From: Ruminococcus albus 7 = DSM 20455
Lineage (GTDB): Bacteria > Bacillota > Clostridia > Oscillospirales > Ruminococcaceae
Direction of reading: 5' to 3'
Length of the DNA: 32,000 nucleotides
Assembly: GCF_000179635.2 (NCBI RefSeq)
Contig: NC_014824.1
Span: forward strand, 388,707-420,706
The first letter of the stretch is position 1. Each line of letters opens with the position of its first letter. A model generated the notes under the pieces. That model made no database searches and was not told where the DNA came from. It saw only the letters and a list, made by a program, of their open reading frames with translations. The translations under genes were made by a program, and so were the position numbers. This document shows positions 15,505-22,475 of the stretch, one piece after another.

Positions 15505-15541
15505 AAAAAAGGGCTGTCATTAAAAAAATGGCAGCTTTTTT
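15505..15541 (+). terminator. intrinsic terminator
   Basis: gctgtcat / atggcagc stem (one G-U pair), with an A-run before and tttttt after. Confidence 0.6.
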
Positions 15542-15568
15542 CTATTTACTAAAATTTTCAGCTATAAT
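15540..15568 (+). promoter_or_regulatory. junction promoter module H
   Basis: TTCTAT 15540-15545, ATTTTC 15554-15559, TATAAT 15563-15568. The box-like ttgtagagaggagc (15582-15595) doubles as the RBS here. Confidence 0.5.
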
Positions 15569-15602
15569 ATATATAGTTAAATTGTAGAGAGGAGCATTAT
15601 CT

Positions 15603-16820
15603 ATGAACAACAAGATAGTTACTTTTCTTTCAGCTGCATTTATTCTTGCAGCTGCAACTTCATGCGGAGTTGATTCGCGGGAGGTGATAAACCAAAAATA
15701 TCCCGTAGAAGCAGTTAACCTTACTAAGATAACATCCATAGACGGAGTGTATTTTTATGTGCCGGATGAACATTTGAATTCAAAAGATAATACAACAGAA
15801 AATGGATATTATCTTAAGGATGATGACTTTTTAGTAGAGGTAAGGAGAATGAATGCTTCAGCTGCGATCGATGATCTTGCTGCTTTATCATCATTTTTTT
15901 CAGGACAATTCTCCGAAAACATCTATATTAAGCAGAAATTGGAAGACGGGAAATTTGAGTGCATATTAAGAGATGATGAAAAAAACGGTTATATAAAAAC
16001 CGTAAATGATGAATATGCAATTCTGTGCGTGTCCGATGATGATAAAACGGCATCTACAATTGCTGATAGCTTGAAATTATCAGAAACCAAGAAAATAGCA
16101 GACGGAAAAACAGAATCTGTTAACATTGATGATGACCTGTCCGCTTCGGTAAATGGAGTAGAGATAGGTTCGGCACTATCAGTAGAAGACATTCAGAATG
16201 ATTTTGCTCAGATGGGAGCAAACTTTGAAAGCATGAAAGAGGACCTATCAAATATAAACGGTTCCTCTATCCGGGATATCAACCACAAAGTCATAATGCA
16301 GTTTAATGCCATCGAATCTACCGGAAAAGAAGCTCAGCAAGCTTACCTGAATTCGGTTGCTGCATATAAAGATGCAGTGAGTAAATATAATGTAGAGTTA
16401 AGTAACGGTATCAACCTCAATTCCACTAAAGAGGAGATCCAAAAAGTACTGAAAATAGATCTTTCTCCGGAATGGGAAAGAATAGTGATAAATAATCAGA
16501 ACAAAACTTCCGATATCAGAAAAATAATAATTGAGTACAACAATGAAAAGGACAGTGTAGAATCTATAATTATCAACGATATAAATGAAATCAAAAATGA
16601 AGTTTCAAACAGAGAACAGATAAGAGATAAAATGAATGAAGAGGTTTCAAAGGAACCTATAAGGATCCCTGAAGGAATATTTGATGATAATAGCAGCGGA
16701 AGCAAGAATAAGAGTGATGTAGTTAACGAGGATGTGCTATCAGATATTGTAAAAGAAGATATAACGAAGTCTGATAATGATCCGAACACCGAATTAGGGC
16801 TTCAGGGGATCAATAAATAA
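15603..16820 (+). CDS. lipoprotein of unknown function
   Basis: GAGGAG RBS. Signal peptide with lipobox-like AATSC (MNNKIVTFLSAAFILAAATSCG). Acidic, Ser/Asn/Asp-rich product. Confidence 0.7.
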   Translation: MNNKIVTFLSAAFILAAATSCGVDSREVINQKYPVEAVNLTKITSIDGVYFYVPDEHLNSKDNTTENGYYLKDDDFLVEVRRMNASAAIDDLAALSSFFSGQFSENIYIKQKLEDGKFECILRDDEKNGYIKTVNDEYAILCVSDDDKTASTIADSLKLSETKKIADGKTESVNIDDDLSASVNGVEIGSALSVEDIQNDFAQMGANFESMKEDLSNINGSSIRDINHKVIMQFNAIESTGKEAQQAYLNSVAAYKDAVSKYNVELSNGINLNSTKEEIQKVLKIDLSPEWERIVINNQNKTSDIRKIIIEYNNEKDSVESIIINDINEIKNEVSNREQIRDKMNEEVSKEPIRIPEGIFDDNSSGSKNKSDVVNEDVLSDIVKEDITKSDNDPNTELGLQGINK

Positions 16821-16835
16821 TAAAAACTCTTATCT

Positions 16836-16877
16836 GAAAGGTTATGTTGGGCTTGGAGTAGCGTAACCTTTCTTTTT
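16836..16877 (+). terminator. intrinsic terminator (long loop)
   Basis: gaaaggtta / taacctttc 9-bp stem, 19-nt loop, then ttttt. Confidence 0.5.
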
Positions 16878-16928
16878 AGTGATCTATACCGAGTATTTTA
16901 TACAAACTGATGATTTTAAGGAAACTTG

Positions 16929-16957
16929 TTGAATTATTAACTAAAATCATGTATAAT
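16929..16957 (+). promoter_or_regulatory. canonical sigma-A-type promoter for the nuclease gene
   Basis: TTGAAT 16929-16934, 17-nt spacer, TATAAT 16952-16957. It does not carry the ATTTTC module. Confidence 0.5.
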
Positions 16958-17022
16958 TTTTATAAGAAAATGAGTGCAGAATATTTTGTAGTATCAAATA
17001 TACAAGAAAGGCGGTGAATACA

Positions 17023-18120
17023 ATGCTTAAAAAACCAATTGCATTACTTCTTTCATTTGTGATGCTTGCTTTAGGTGGCTGCACTACTACCGGTACAAGT
17101 TCGGTTCCCCATCAAAGCAAACCATCCGCAACAGTAGTATCAACTGAAATTATAACAGAAATAAGTTCAGAAACTGCTGTTCCCGTGTTAAGTACCACAG
17201 AAAGCTCTGCATCAGAAACGACAGTAACTTCAGTAAGTACAACTGCGGCAATTACAGAAGAAACGACTACTACAGTTGCAGCTGAGCCTGTATCTATCGT
17301 CTTTTCCTTAGCTGACATCCCGTCTTATTCAGGTGAACCGTTTGTTGAGGTCAACAATAACATTCCTTTTTTTGAAGATAAAACTGTTACGGAAGCGTTT
17401 GAATCATACAGTCCTCTGGATGACCTTGGACGCTGCGGACCGGCTTTTGCAAATATTTGTATTGAGTTAATGCCCACTGAGCCACGTGGCCCGATCGGGA
17501 TGATAAAACCGAGCGGATGGCAGACGATAAGGTATGATGATTTAATTGAGGGTAAATTTTTGTACAATCGTTGCCACCTCATATCATATGAAAATTCGGG
17601 GGAGAACGCGAATGCCCAAAATCTTATAACCGGAACTCGCTATCTGAATATACATGGAATGCTTCCTTTTGAGAATAAAGTAGCTGATTATGTTAAAAGT
17701 ACTGGTAATCATGTCCTTTATCGGGTAACTCCGATTTTTGAAGGAAATAATCTTGTTGCAAATGGTGTCCTTATGGAAGGATATTCGGTTGAAGACCAAG
17801 GTCAAGGTATTCAGTTCTGTGTATTTTGTTATAATGTTCAGCCGGGAATTGGCATAGATTATTCTAATGGCGATAGCTGGGTTATGGAGGAATCAGTATC
17901 GGAAACCACAACTACTGTAACTAGCGTTACAACTCCTTCTGAGCATAACGAAACCGAAGAACAATGTGATTATGTGGTAAATACAAATACAAAAAAGTTT
18001 CATTTACCTTCATGTTCGAGCGTAAAAGATACTAAAACGAAAAATCGTTGGGATTATAACGGAAGCCGGGATGACCTGATCGCTCAGGGATATACGCCTT
18101 GTAAACGCTGCAATCCTTAA
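17023..18120 (+). CDS. lipoprotein DNA/RNA non-specific endonuclease (DNA-entry-nuclease type) with a C-terminal Cys-rich Ada-like Zn motif
   Basis: ATG 17023. Lipobox LALGGC. Thr/Ser-rich linker. Nuclease core LGRCGPA...YNRCHLISYENSGENANAQNLITGTRYLN...MLPFENKV..YV....HVLYRVTPIF. C-terminal KKFHLPSCSSV...GYTPCKRCNP. Confidence 0.7.
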   Translation: MLKKPIALLLSFVMLALGGCTTTGTSSVPHQSKPSATVVSTEIITEISSETAVPVLSTTESSASETTVTSVSTTAAITEETTTTVAAEPVSIVFSLADIPSYSGEPFVEVNNNIPFFEDKTVTEAFESYSPLDDLGRCGPAFANICIELMPTEPRGPIGMIKPSGWQTIRYDDLIEGKFLYNRCHLISYENSGENANAQNLITGTRYLNIHGMLPFENKVADYVKSTGNHVLYRVTPIFEGNNLVANGVLMEGYSVEDQGQGIQFCVFCYNVQPGIGIDYSNGDSWVMEESVSETTTTVTSVTTPSEHNETEEQCDYVVNTNTKKFHLPSCSSVKDTKTKNRWDYNGSRDDLIAQGYTPCKRCNP

Positions 18121-18181
18121 AGAAAAGAGCCTTACTCAAATTAAACCGTCCCAGCATAACTCATAAAATAATAAAATGCTG

Positions 18182-18375
18182 GACGTTGCACTGCTCTCAA
18201 TGGTGGGCGCAGGCATTTATTCCAGCGTACCGAGGCTTGCAAGGCTGTTGTACGTACCGACAAGGTTTAGAAGCCCAACGCGGCAACAGTTCCCGAGTAC
18301 GAGAAGTTCTATCAGCTTTATCGCGATATCTATCCCGCACTGAAGAACGAGTTTCCCAAGCTGGCTAAGCTGTAA
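18182..18375 (+). pseudogene. 3'-terminal remnant of an FGGY-family sugar kinase (xylulokinase-like), decayed
   Basis: ..LLSMVGAGIYSSV, then a frameshift near 18227-18231, then TEACKAVVRTDKV, an in-frame TAG (18268-18270), then KPNAATVPEYEKFYQLYRDIYPALKNEFPKLAKL*. This is the characteristic FGGY C-terminus. The roughly 450 N-terminal codons are absent. G+C is visibly higher than in the DNA to its left. Confidence 0.55.
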
Positions 18376-18557
18376 TAACACTGCCATAGAGTAGAGCTTT
18401 ATCTGACTAGCGCTAAAGAAGCAATCTATCCACACCAAAACAATTAATACAGACAATTTACAACGGATCACTAAGCACCATTATGTCACGAAGTCATGAT
18501 GGTGCTTTATTATTATATTTGAAATAGACCATGTCCCAAAAACCGTACATACTCCTA

Positions 18558-18586
18558 TTGCAAAATCTGTTTTGATGTGCTATAAT
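18558..18586 (+). promoter_or_regulatory. canonical sigma-A-type promoter of the WYL regulator
   Basis: TTGCAA 18558-18563, 17-nt spacer, TATAAT 18581-18586. Confidence 0.5.
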
Positions 18587-18619
18587 ACTCTAAACATAAA
18601 TGACATGGGAGGTATCATA

Positions 18620-19663
18620 ATGACAGAGAAAAAGCCGAAAAAGCTTTATATGCACTATATTCTTGAGGTGCTGAAAAAGCATACTGACGAGGAACACAGG
18701 ATATCTCAGCAGAAGATAGCCGATCTGGTGTTTGAGGACTATGGCGTGAAAATTGACCGCAAGACGGTGCGCCATAATCTTTCTATGCTGCTGGAAGCAG
18801 ATTATCCGCTGGTACATACCGAGCATCACCGTACCAACAAGTGTGGTGCACATGAGAATATAATGACTGACTGGTACTTCCAACGTGTGCATAAGTGGGA
18901 CGAAAGCGAGCTTTGCGTGATGATCGACAGCCTGCTTTTCTCGAACTATCTGCCGAAAAATCAGTGTGATAGGCTGGTCATGAAGATAGCCGAAATGGGC
19001 GAAGAGGATTTCCTAAAGCGCGTAAAAACCATGACATCGACGGTTGGACGAAGCGGTGTGAATAAGTCGCTTTTCTACACAATATCACTGCTGAACGAGG
19101 CAGCCATCGACAAAAAGCAGGTGCAATTCCGTTACTGCGACTTCGGCACCGACTTCAAGCTTCATCCGCGGACTGACGACAACGGTGAGAAAAAACTCTA
19201 CACCGTCAGCCCATATAAGCTGCTTTCGCTGAACGGGCGGTACTATATGCTGGGGAATCCAAAGGAGCGTTATGGCGTTAGCGTTTTCCGCGCCGACAGG
19301 ATAACCGATATCTCAATTACTGATGAAAAGGCGGTGTCAGTGCGTTCACTGAAAGGTTTTGAGAACGGCATAGACCTAGGCGATTATGTCCGCGAACACC
19401 CGAATATGTGGGCTGGTGAGGTCGGTTTATGCAGATTCAGATGTCAGCAGTATCTCATGAATGATATTGTTGACTGGTTCGGTACTTCGGCAGGTATCAC
19501 TACCTTTAAAGATGGCTCTATGGAAGTCAGGGTGCGTGTAAGCGAGGACGCTATGCTGCACTGGGCTATACAGTACGCCGATCAGGTCGAGGTGCTGTTT
19601 CCGGAGTCCCTGCGCATGAAGATTGGCAAAACACTTAGAGAAGTGGCTGACAGATACAAGTGA
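18620..19663 (+). CDS. HTH plus WYL-domain transcriptional regulator
   Basis: GGAGG RBS before ATG 18620. N-terminal winged-HTH-like region (HRISQQKIADLV...KIDRKTVRHNLSML). WYL core YTVSPYKLLSLNGRYYMLGN....YGVSVFRADRITDISI. Confidence 0.75.
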   Translation: MTEKKPKKLYMHYILEVLKKHTDEEHRISQQKIADLVFEDYGVKIDRKTVRHNLSMLLEADYPLVHTEHHRTNKCGAHENIMTDWYFQRVHKWDESELCVMIDSLLFSNYLPKNQCDRLVMKIAEMGEEDFLKRVKTMTSTVGRSGVNKSLFYTISLLNEAAIDKKQVQFRYCDFGTDFKLHPRTDDNGEKKLYTVSPYKLLSLNGRYYMLGNPKERYGVSVFRADRITDISITDEKAVSVRSLKGFENGIDLGDYVREHPNMWAGEVGLCRFRCQQYLMNDIVDWFGTSAGITTFKDGSMEVRVRVSEDAMLHWAIQYADQVEVLFPESLRMKIGKTLREVADRYK

Positions 19664-19679
19664 GAAATTGATATCAACT

Positions 19680-19770
19680 ACACCGCCGCTTTTTTACCCA
19701 TCTTATATGTTATACTATATACCGAAGATGAAAAAAGCTTCGGTATATTTTTTATCATTGAAAGGAGCGC
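19680..19770 (+). repeat. intergenic repeat copy 1: extended -10 overlapping a terminator-type hairpin, then an RBS
   Basis: acaccgccgctttttt..catatgTtatact (TGtTATACT 19708-19716), ataccgaag / cttcggtat hairpin (19719-19746), atttttta, gaaaggagc. Homologous to 21546-21628. Confidence 0.6.
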
Positions 19771-19774
19771 ACAT

Positions 19775-20743
19775 ATGGGATTTATTATCAACGGAGATTT
19801 CCTGGAAAAGTACACCAAAGAAGAGGGCGTTACCAGGGCGGTCATTCCCGAGGGCGTAAAGGACATCAGGTATCATGCCTTTGATGATCGTGACGAACTT
19901 ACTTCCATTCATATCCCCAACAGCCTCTACCCCTGGGAAGAAGGCGAAATTAATTTTGGTCTGTGGAATTGCGACGAGCTTGTTGAGATAACTGCAAACG
20001 AAGATAATCCCAACTATGTAAGCGTGAATGGCGTTCTGTACAGCAGGGACATGACCGCGCTGATACGCTGTCCGAACGCTATCGATACGAAACGATTCGT
20101 GATACCCGATACGGTGATCGATATACTGGATGACGCTTTCGCCGGATGCTATAACATCGAGGAGATCGTCATTCCGTCTTCGGTAAAGCTGATCTGTCCC
20201 GGTGCCTTTACTGAGTGTTCTTCGTTAAAAAAGGTAGTGTTCCCGAAATATATGCCCTTTTCTATCAACGACGATATGTTCATGTTCTGTACAGCTCTGG
20301 AAGAGATAACCATTCCCGCAGGAGTGACTTCATTATATACGCAGGTTTTTAACGGCTGTACATCGCTGAAAAAGATCACCATTGGAAAAGATGTGGAAGA
20401 TTTCGACGATCTTTCATTAAGTGCGCCTGCTCTGGAAGAGTTTGAAGTTGACCTGTTCAACCAGCACTACACCAGCAGTGACGGCATTCTTTACAATAAT
20501 GAAAAGACTATCCTGCTGAGATGTCCCGTGGAAAAAAGCGGTGATATAATCATTCCCGAAAGCGTCACGCAGATAGGTGATGAGTGTTCATTCGGTGGGT
20601 TTATGGATTGCCGCAAACTTAAAACTATCCATGTTCCTGCAAGCGTGAAGCGTATAAGAAAAGATGCTTTTCAGTACTGCTCAGCAAAAGTGACCTACGA
20701 AGATAAGGATTCCATTGAGTTTTTCGAGAAGAAGAGGTTTTGA
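19775..20743 (+). CDS. cytoplasmic BspA-type leucine-rich-repeat protein
   Basis: Repeats of IP.sV..I...AF..C..L..v.iP (for example IPDTVIDILDDAFAGCYNIEEIVIPSSV). No signal peptide. Confidence 0.75.
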   Translation: MGFIINGDFLEKYTKEEGVTRAVIPEGVKDIRYHAFDDRDELTSIHIPNSLYPWEEGEINFGLWNCDELVEITANEDNPNYVSVNGVLYSRDMTALIRCPNAIDTKRFVIPDTVIDILDDAFAGCYNIEEIVIPSSVKLICPGAFTECSSLKKVVFPKYMPFSINDDMFMFCTALEEITIPAGVTSLYTQVFNGCTSLKKITIGKDVEDFDDLSLSAPALEEFEVDLFNQHYTSSDGILYNNEKTILLRCPVEKSGDIIIPESVTQIGDECSFGGFMDCRKLKTIHVPASVKRIRKDAFQYCSAKVTYEDKDSIEFFEKKRF

Positions 20744-20782
20744 TATTTAAATTTGTTATAAAATTGAATTTGTTTATTTGTG

Positions 20783-20811
20783 TTGACTTTTGTTTGAGGA
20801 TGTGGTATAGT
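20783..20811 (+). promoter_or_regulatory. near-consensus sigma-A promoter of the GIY-YIG gene
   Basis: TTGACT 20783-20788, 17-nt spacer ending in TGg, TATAGT 20806-20811. Confidence 0.55.
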
Positions 20812-20865
20812 ATGATTATAATGTTAAGCAAGACCGTTTGAAATCTATAGACTGGAGGTAATTAG

Positions 20866-21528
20866 ATGAAGAACAAAAAAGATGCAATTGATTCTTTTAA
20901 AAGAAGATTGACAAAAAAACACTGTAATGAATTTGATAACAATCAGTTATTAGTTCCCGGAAGAATTTTTATGTTTGAAAACTGGACTGGTGTACATGAA
21001 GCAGAAATTATACTATACGATAAAGAAAACTTAACAGTACAATTTCGTAATTTGTTTTATAATATAGAAGAAATATGGACTTTAGATAATTTATTTATTT
21101 TTGACGAAGAATATCTCAAAACAATTTGTGCTCAAGCTGAAGATTATGGACTGTTGACTGATGACAAGTGGAAAAATGAAAACTATATAATGGATGCTGG
21201 TGTATACATTCTACACAACGATAATAAACCTATCGATAGAGGATACTATACAGGACAGGCTAAAGGAAAATCTGGCGGATTAAGTGGAAGGCTTTGTGAT
21301 CACGTCAAAAATGAAGACTCGAAAATAGATAAAGCAATAAAGGAAAATGAACCATTTTCGCTTAAAGTTATAAAGTTAGCTAATACTGATTATGAGGAAA
21401 TTAATGCACTTGAAGTTGCACTAATTGCGTACTATAAAAGTTGGGATAATTGGAATAAAGACGGATATAATGCTAATAGAGGTCCAAATTGTGCTGGAGA
21501 AAGAGCAATAACCAAAGAATTACTATAA
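20866..21528 (+). CDS. GIY-YIG nuclease-domain protein with an unassigned N-terminal domain
   Basis: GGAGG RBS. GVYIL-x10-YYTGQA, then LSGRLCDH (Arg), LEVALIAYY (Glu) and GYNANRG (Asn), in the GIY-YIG order. The gene is visibly AT-rich relative to its neighbours. Confidence 0.65.
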   Translation: MKNKKDAIDSFKRRLTKKHCNEFDNNQLLVPGRIFMFENWTGVHEAEIILYDKENLTVQFRNLFYNIEEIWTLDNLFIFDEEYLKTICAQAEDYGLLTDDKWKNENYIMDAGVYILHNDNKPIDRGYYTGQAKGKSGGLSGRLCDHVKNEDSKIDKAIKENEPFSLKVIKLANTDYEEINALEVALIAYYKSWDNWNKDGYNANRGPNCAGERAITKELL

Positions 21529-21545
21529 TCACCAAAATGGACAGC

Positions 21546-21628
21546 ACACCGCCGTTTTTCTCCCCATCCCATATGTTATACTATATACCGAAGCAGGAAG
21601 CTTCGGTATTTTTTTACCCGAAAGGAGC
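21546..21628 (+). repeat. intergenic repeat copy 2
   Basis: acaccgccgttttt..catatgttatactatataccgaagc aggaa gcttcggtat tttttta..gaaaggagc. The stem is conserved and the loop differs from copy 1. Confidence 0.6.
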
Positions 21629-21635
21629 AAAAATC

Positions 21636-22133
21636 ATGCGTATACTCAATATCCACGGCTACAACGGAAGCCCCGAGAACAGCGCTTATAAGGCGCTTGC
21701 AAAACTTGGTCACGAGATCATCTCACCCGCTTTTGACTATGAGAACGAATCTCCCGACAATATCATGGACAGGCTTAGCAGTATTGCTGAGGAAAAGTCT
21801 CCCGATATCATTGTCGGCACAAGTCTGGGCGGATTTTATGCGGCGGTGCTGTCTGCTGAACTTGATATCCCCGTGATAACGGTGAACCCGTTCCTCATGC
21901 CTTTTCTGACATTCCCCGAACATATCAAGCCACTGATAGCGCTGTTTGGTGAGCTTTCAAAAATCAAAAGCGAGAACGTCAGCTGTATCGTCGGTTCGGA
22001 CGATGAGGTGCTGGGAGATCACACGTTCACTAAAGATCTTCTGGATAATCAGCGTTTTCGCATCATCGATGGCGGCAAACATTCGGGAGCGACTATTCCG
22101 CTTGAGGAATATTTCGGAGAGGTGATCAAATAA
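21636..22133 (+). CDS. YqiA/YcfP-like alpha/beta hydrolase (esterase)
   Basis: AAGGAG RBS before ATG 21636. MRILNIHGYNGSP, nucleophile elbow GTSLGG, later DDEV and GGKHSG (Ser-Asp-His candidates). Confidence 0.7.
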   Translation: MRILNIHGYNGSPENSAYKALAKLGHEIISPAFDYENESPDNIMDRLSSIAEEKSPDIIVGTSLGGFYAAVLSAELDIPVITVNPFLMPFLTFPEHIKPLIALFGELSKIKSENVSCIVGSDDEVLGDHTFTKDLLDNQRFRIIDGGKHSGATIPLEEYFGEVIK

Positions 22134-22135
22134 CC

Positions 22136-22465
22136 TTGAAAAAAGGAGTGTTCTGGCTGATAAACGGCGAACTGCTGACTTTCCCCTTTGACGGAAAATA
22201 CCCCGAGGGCACAGCAAAGTCGGGGGACACTTACAATCATCAAAAACTGTGGGAAATAATCCGACCCAAGGGCTGTAAAAAGCTTTTTGACTATTACCCG
22301 CGGGGCAGAGTTGACATTTCAAACAAAGGCAAAGCTGTGATCTATATGAGCGTGCATATTGGCGAAGATCGTCTTACCAAGATAAAGTCAGCCTTTGAGA
22401 TATCGGGCGATACCGTTATCAGGTACGACCACAGCAGACATTATATGTGCTTTCTTGACAAATGA
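22136..22465 (+). CDS. small conserved-looking hypothetical protein
   Basis: TTG start 11 nt after GAGGTGA and 2 nt after the previous stop. GVFWLINGELLTFPF...YYPRGRV... No domain recognised. Confidence 0.5.
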   Translation: MKKGVFWLINGELLTFPFDGKYPEGTAKSGDTYNHQKLWEIIRPKGCKKLFDYYPRGRVDISNKGKAVIYMSVHIGEDRLTKIKSAFEISGDTVIRYDHSRHYMCFLDK

Positions 22466-22475
22466 GGAGGATAAT

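Noticed and set aside
18186-18471. ORFs 18186-18368 (+) and 18217-18471 (-)
   Set aside because: They overlap the decayed FGGY-kinase remnant. The recognisable kinase C-terminus lies in other frames, and neither ORF has an RBS.
19623-19859. ORFs 19623-19859 and the 5' extension of 21489-22133, which encode similar peptides (..TPPLFYPSYMLYYIPK.. and ..TPPFFSPSHMLYYIPK..)
   Set aside because: The peptide similarity is a by-product of the duplicated intergenic DNA element (promoter plus hairpin). Both ORFs cross a terminator-like hairpin, and the real starts (19775 and 21636) have good RBSs.
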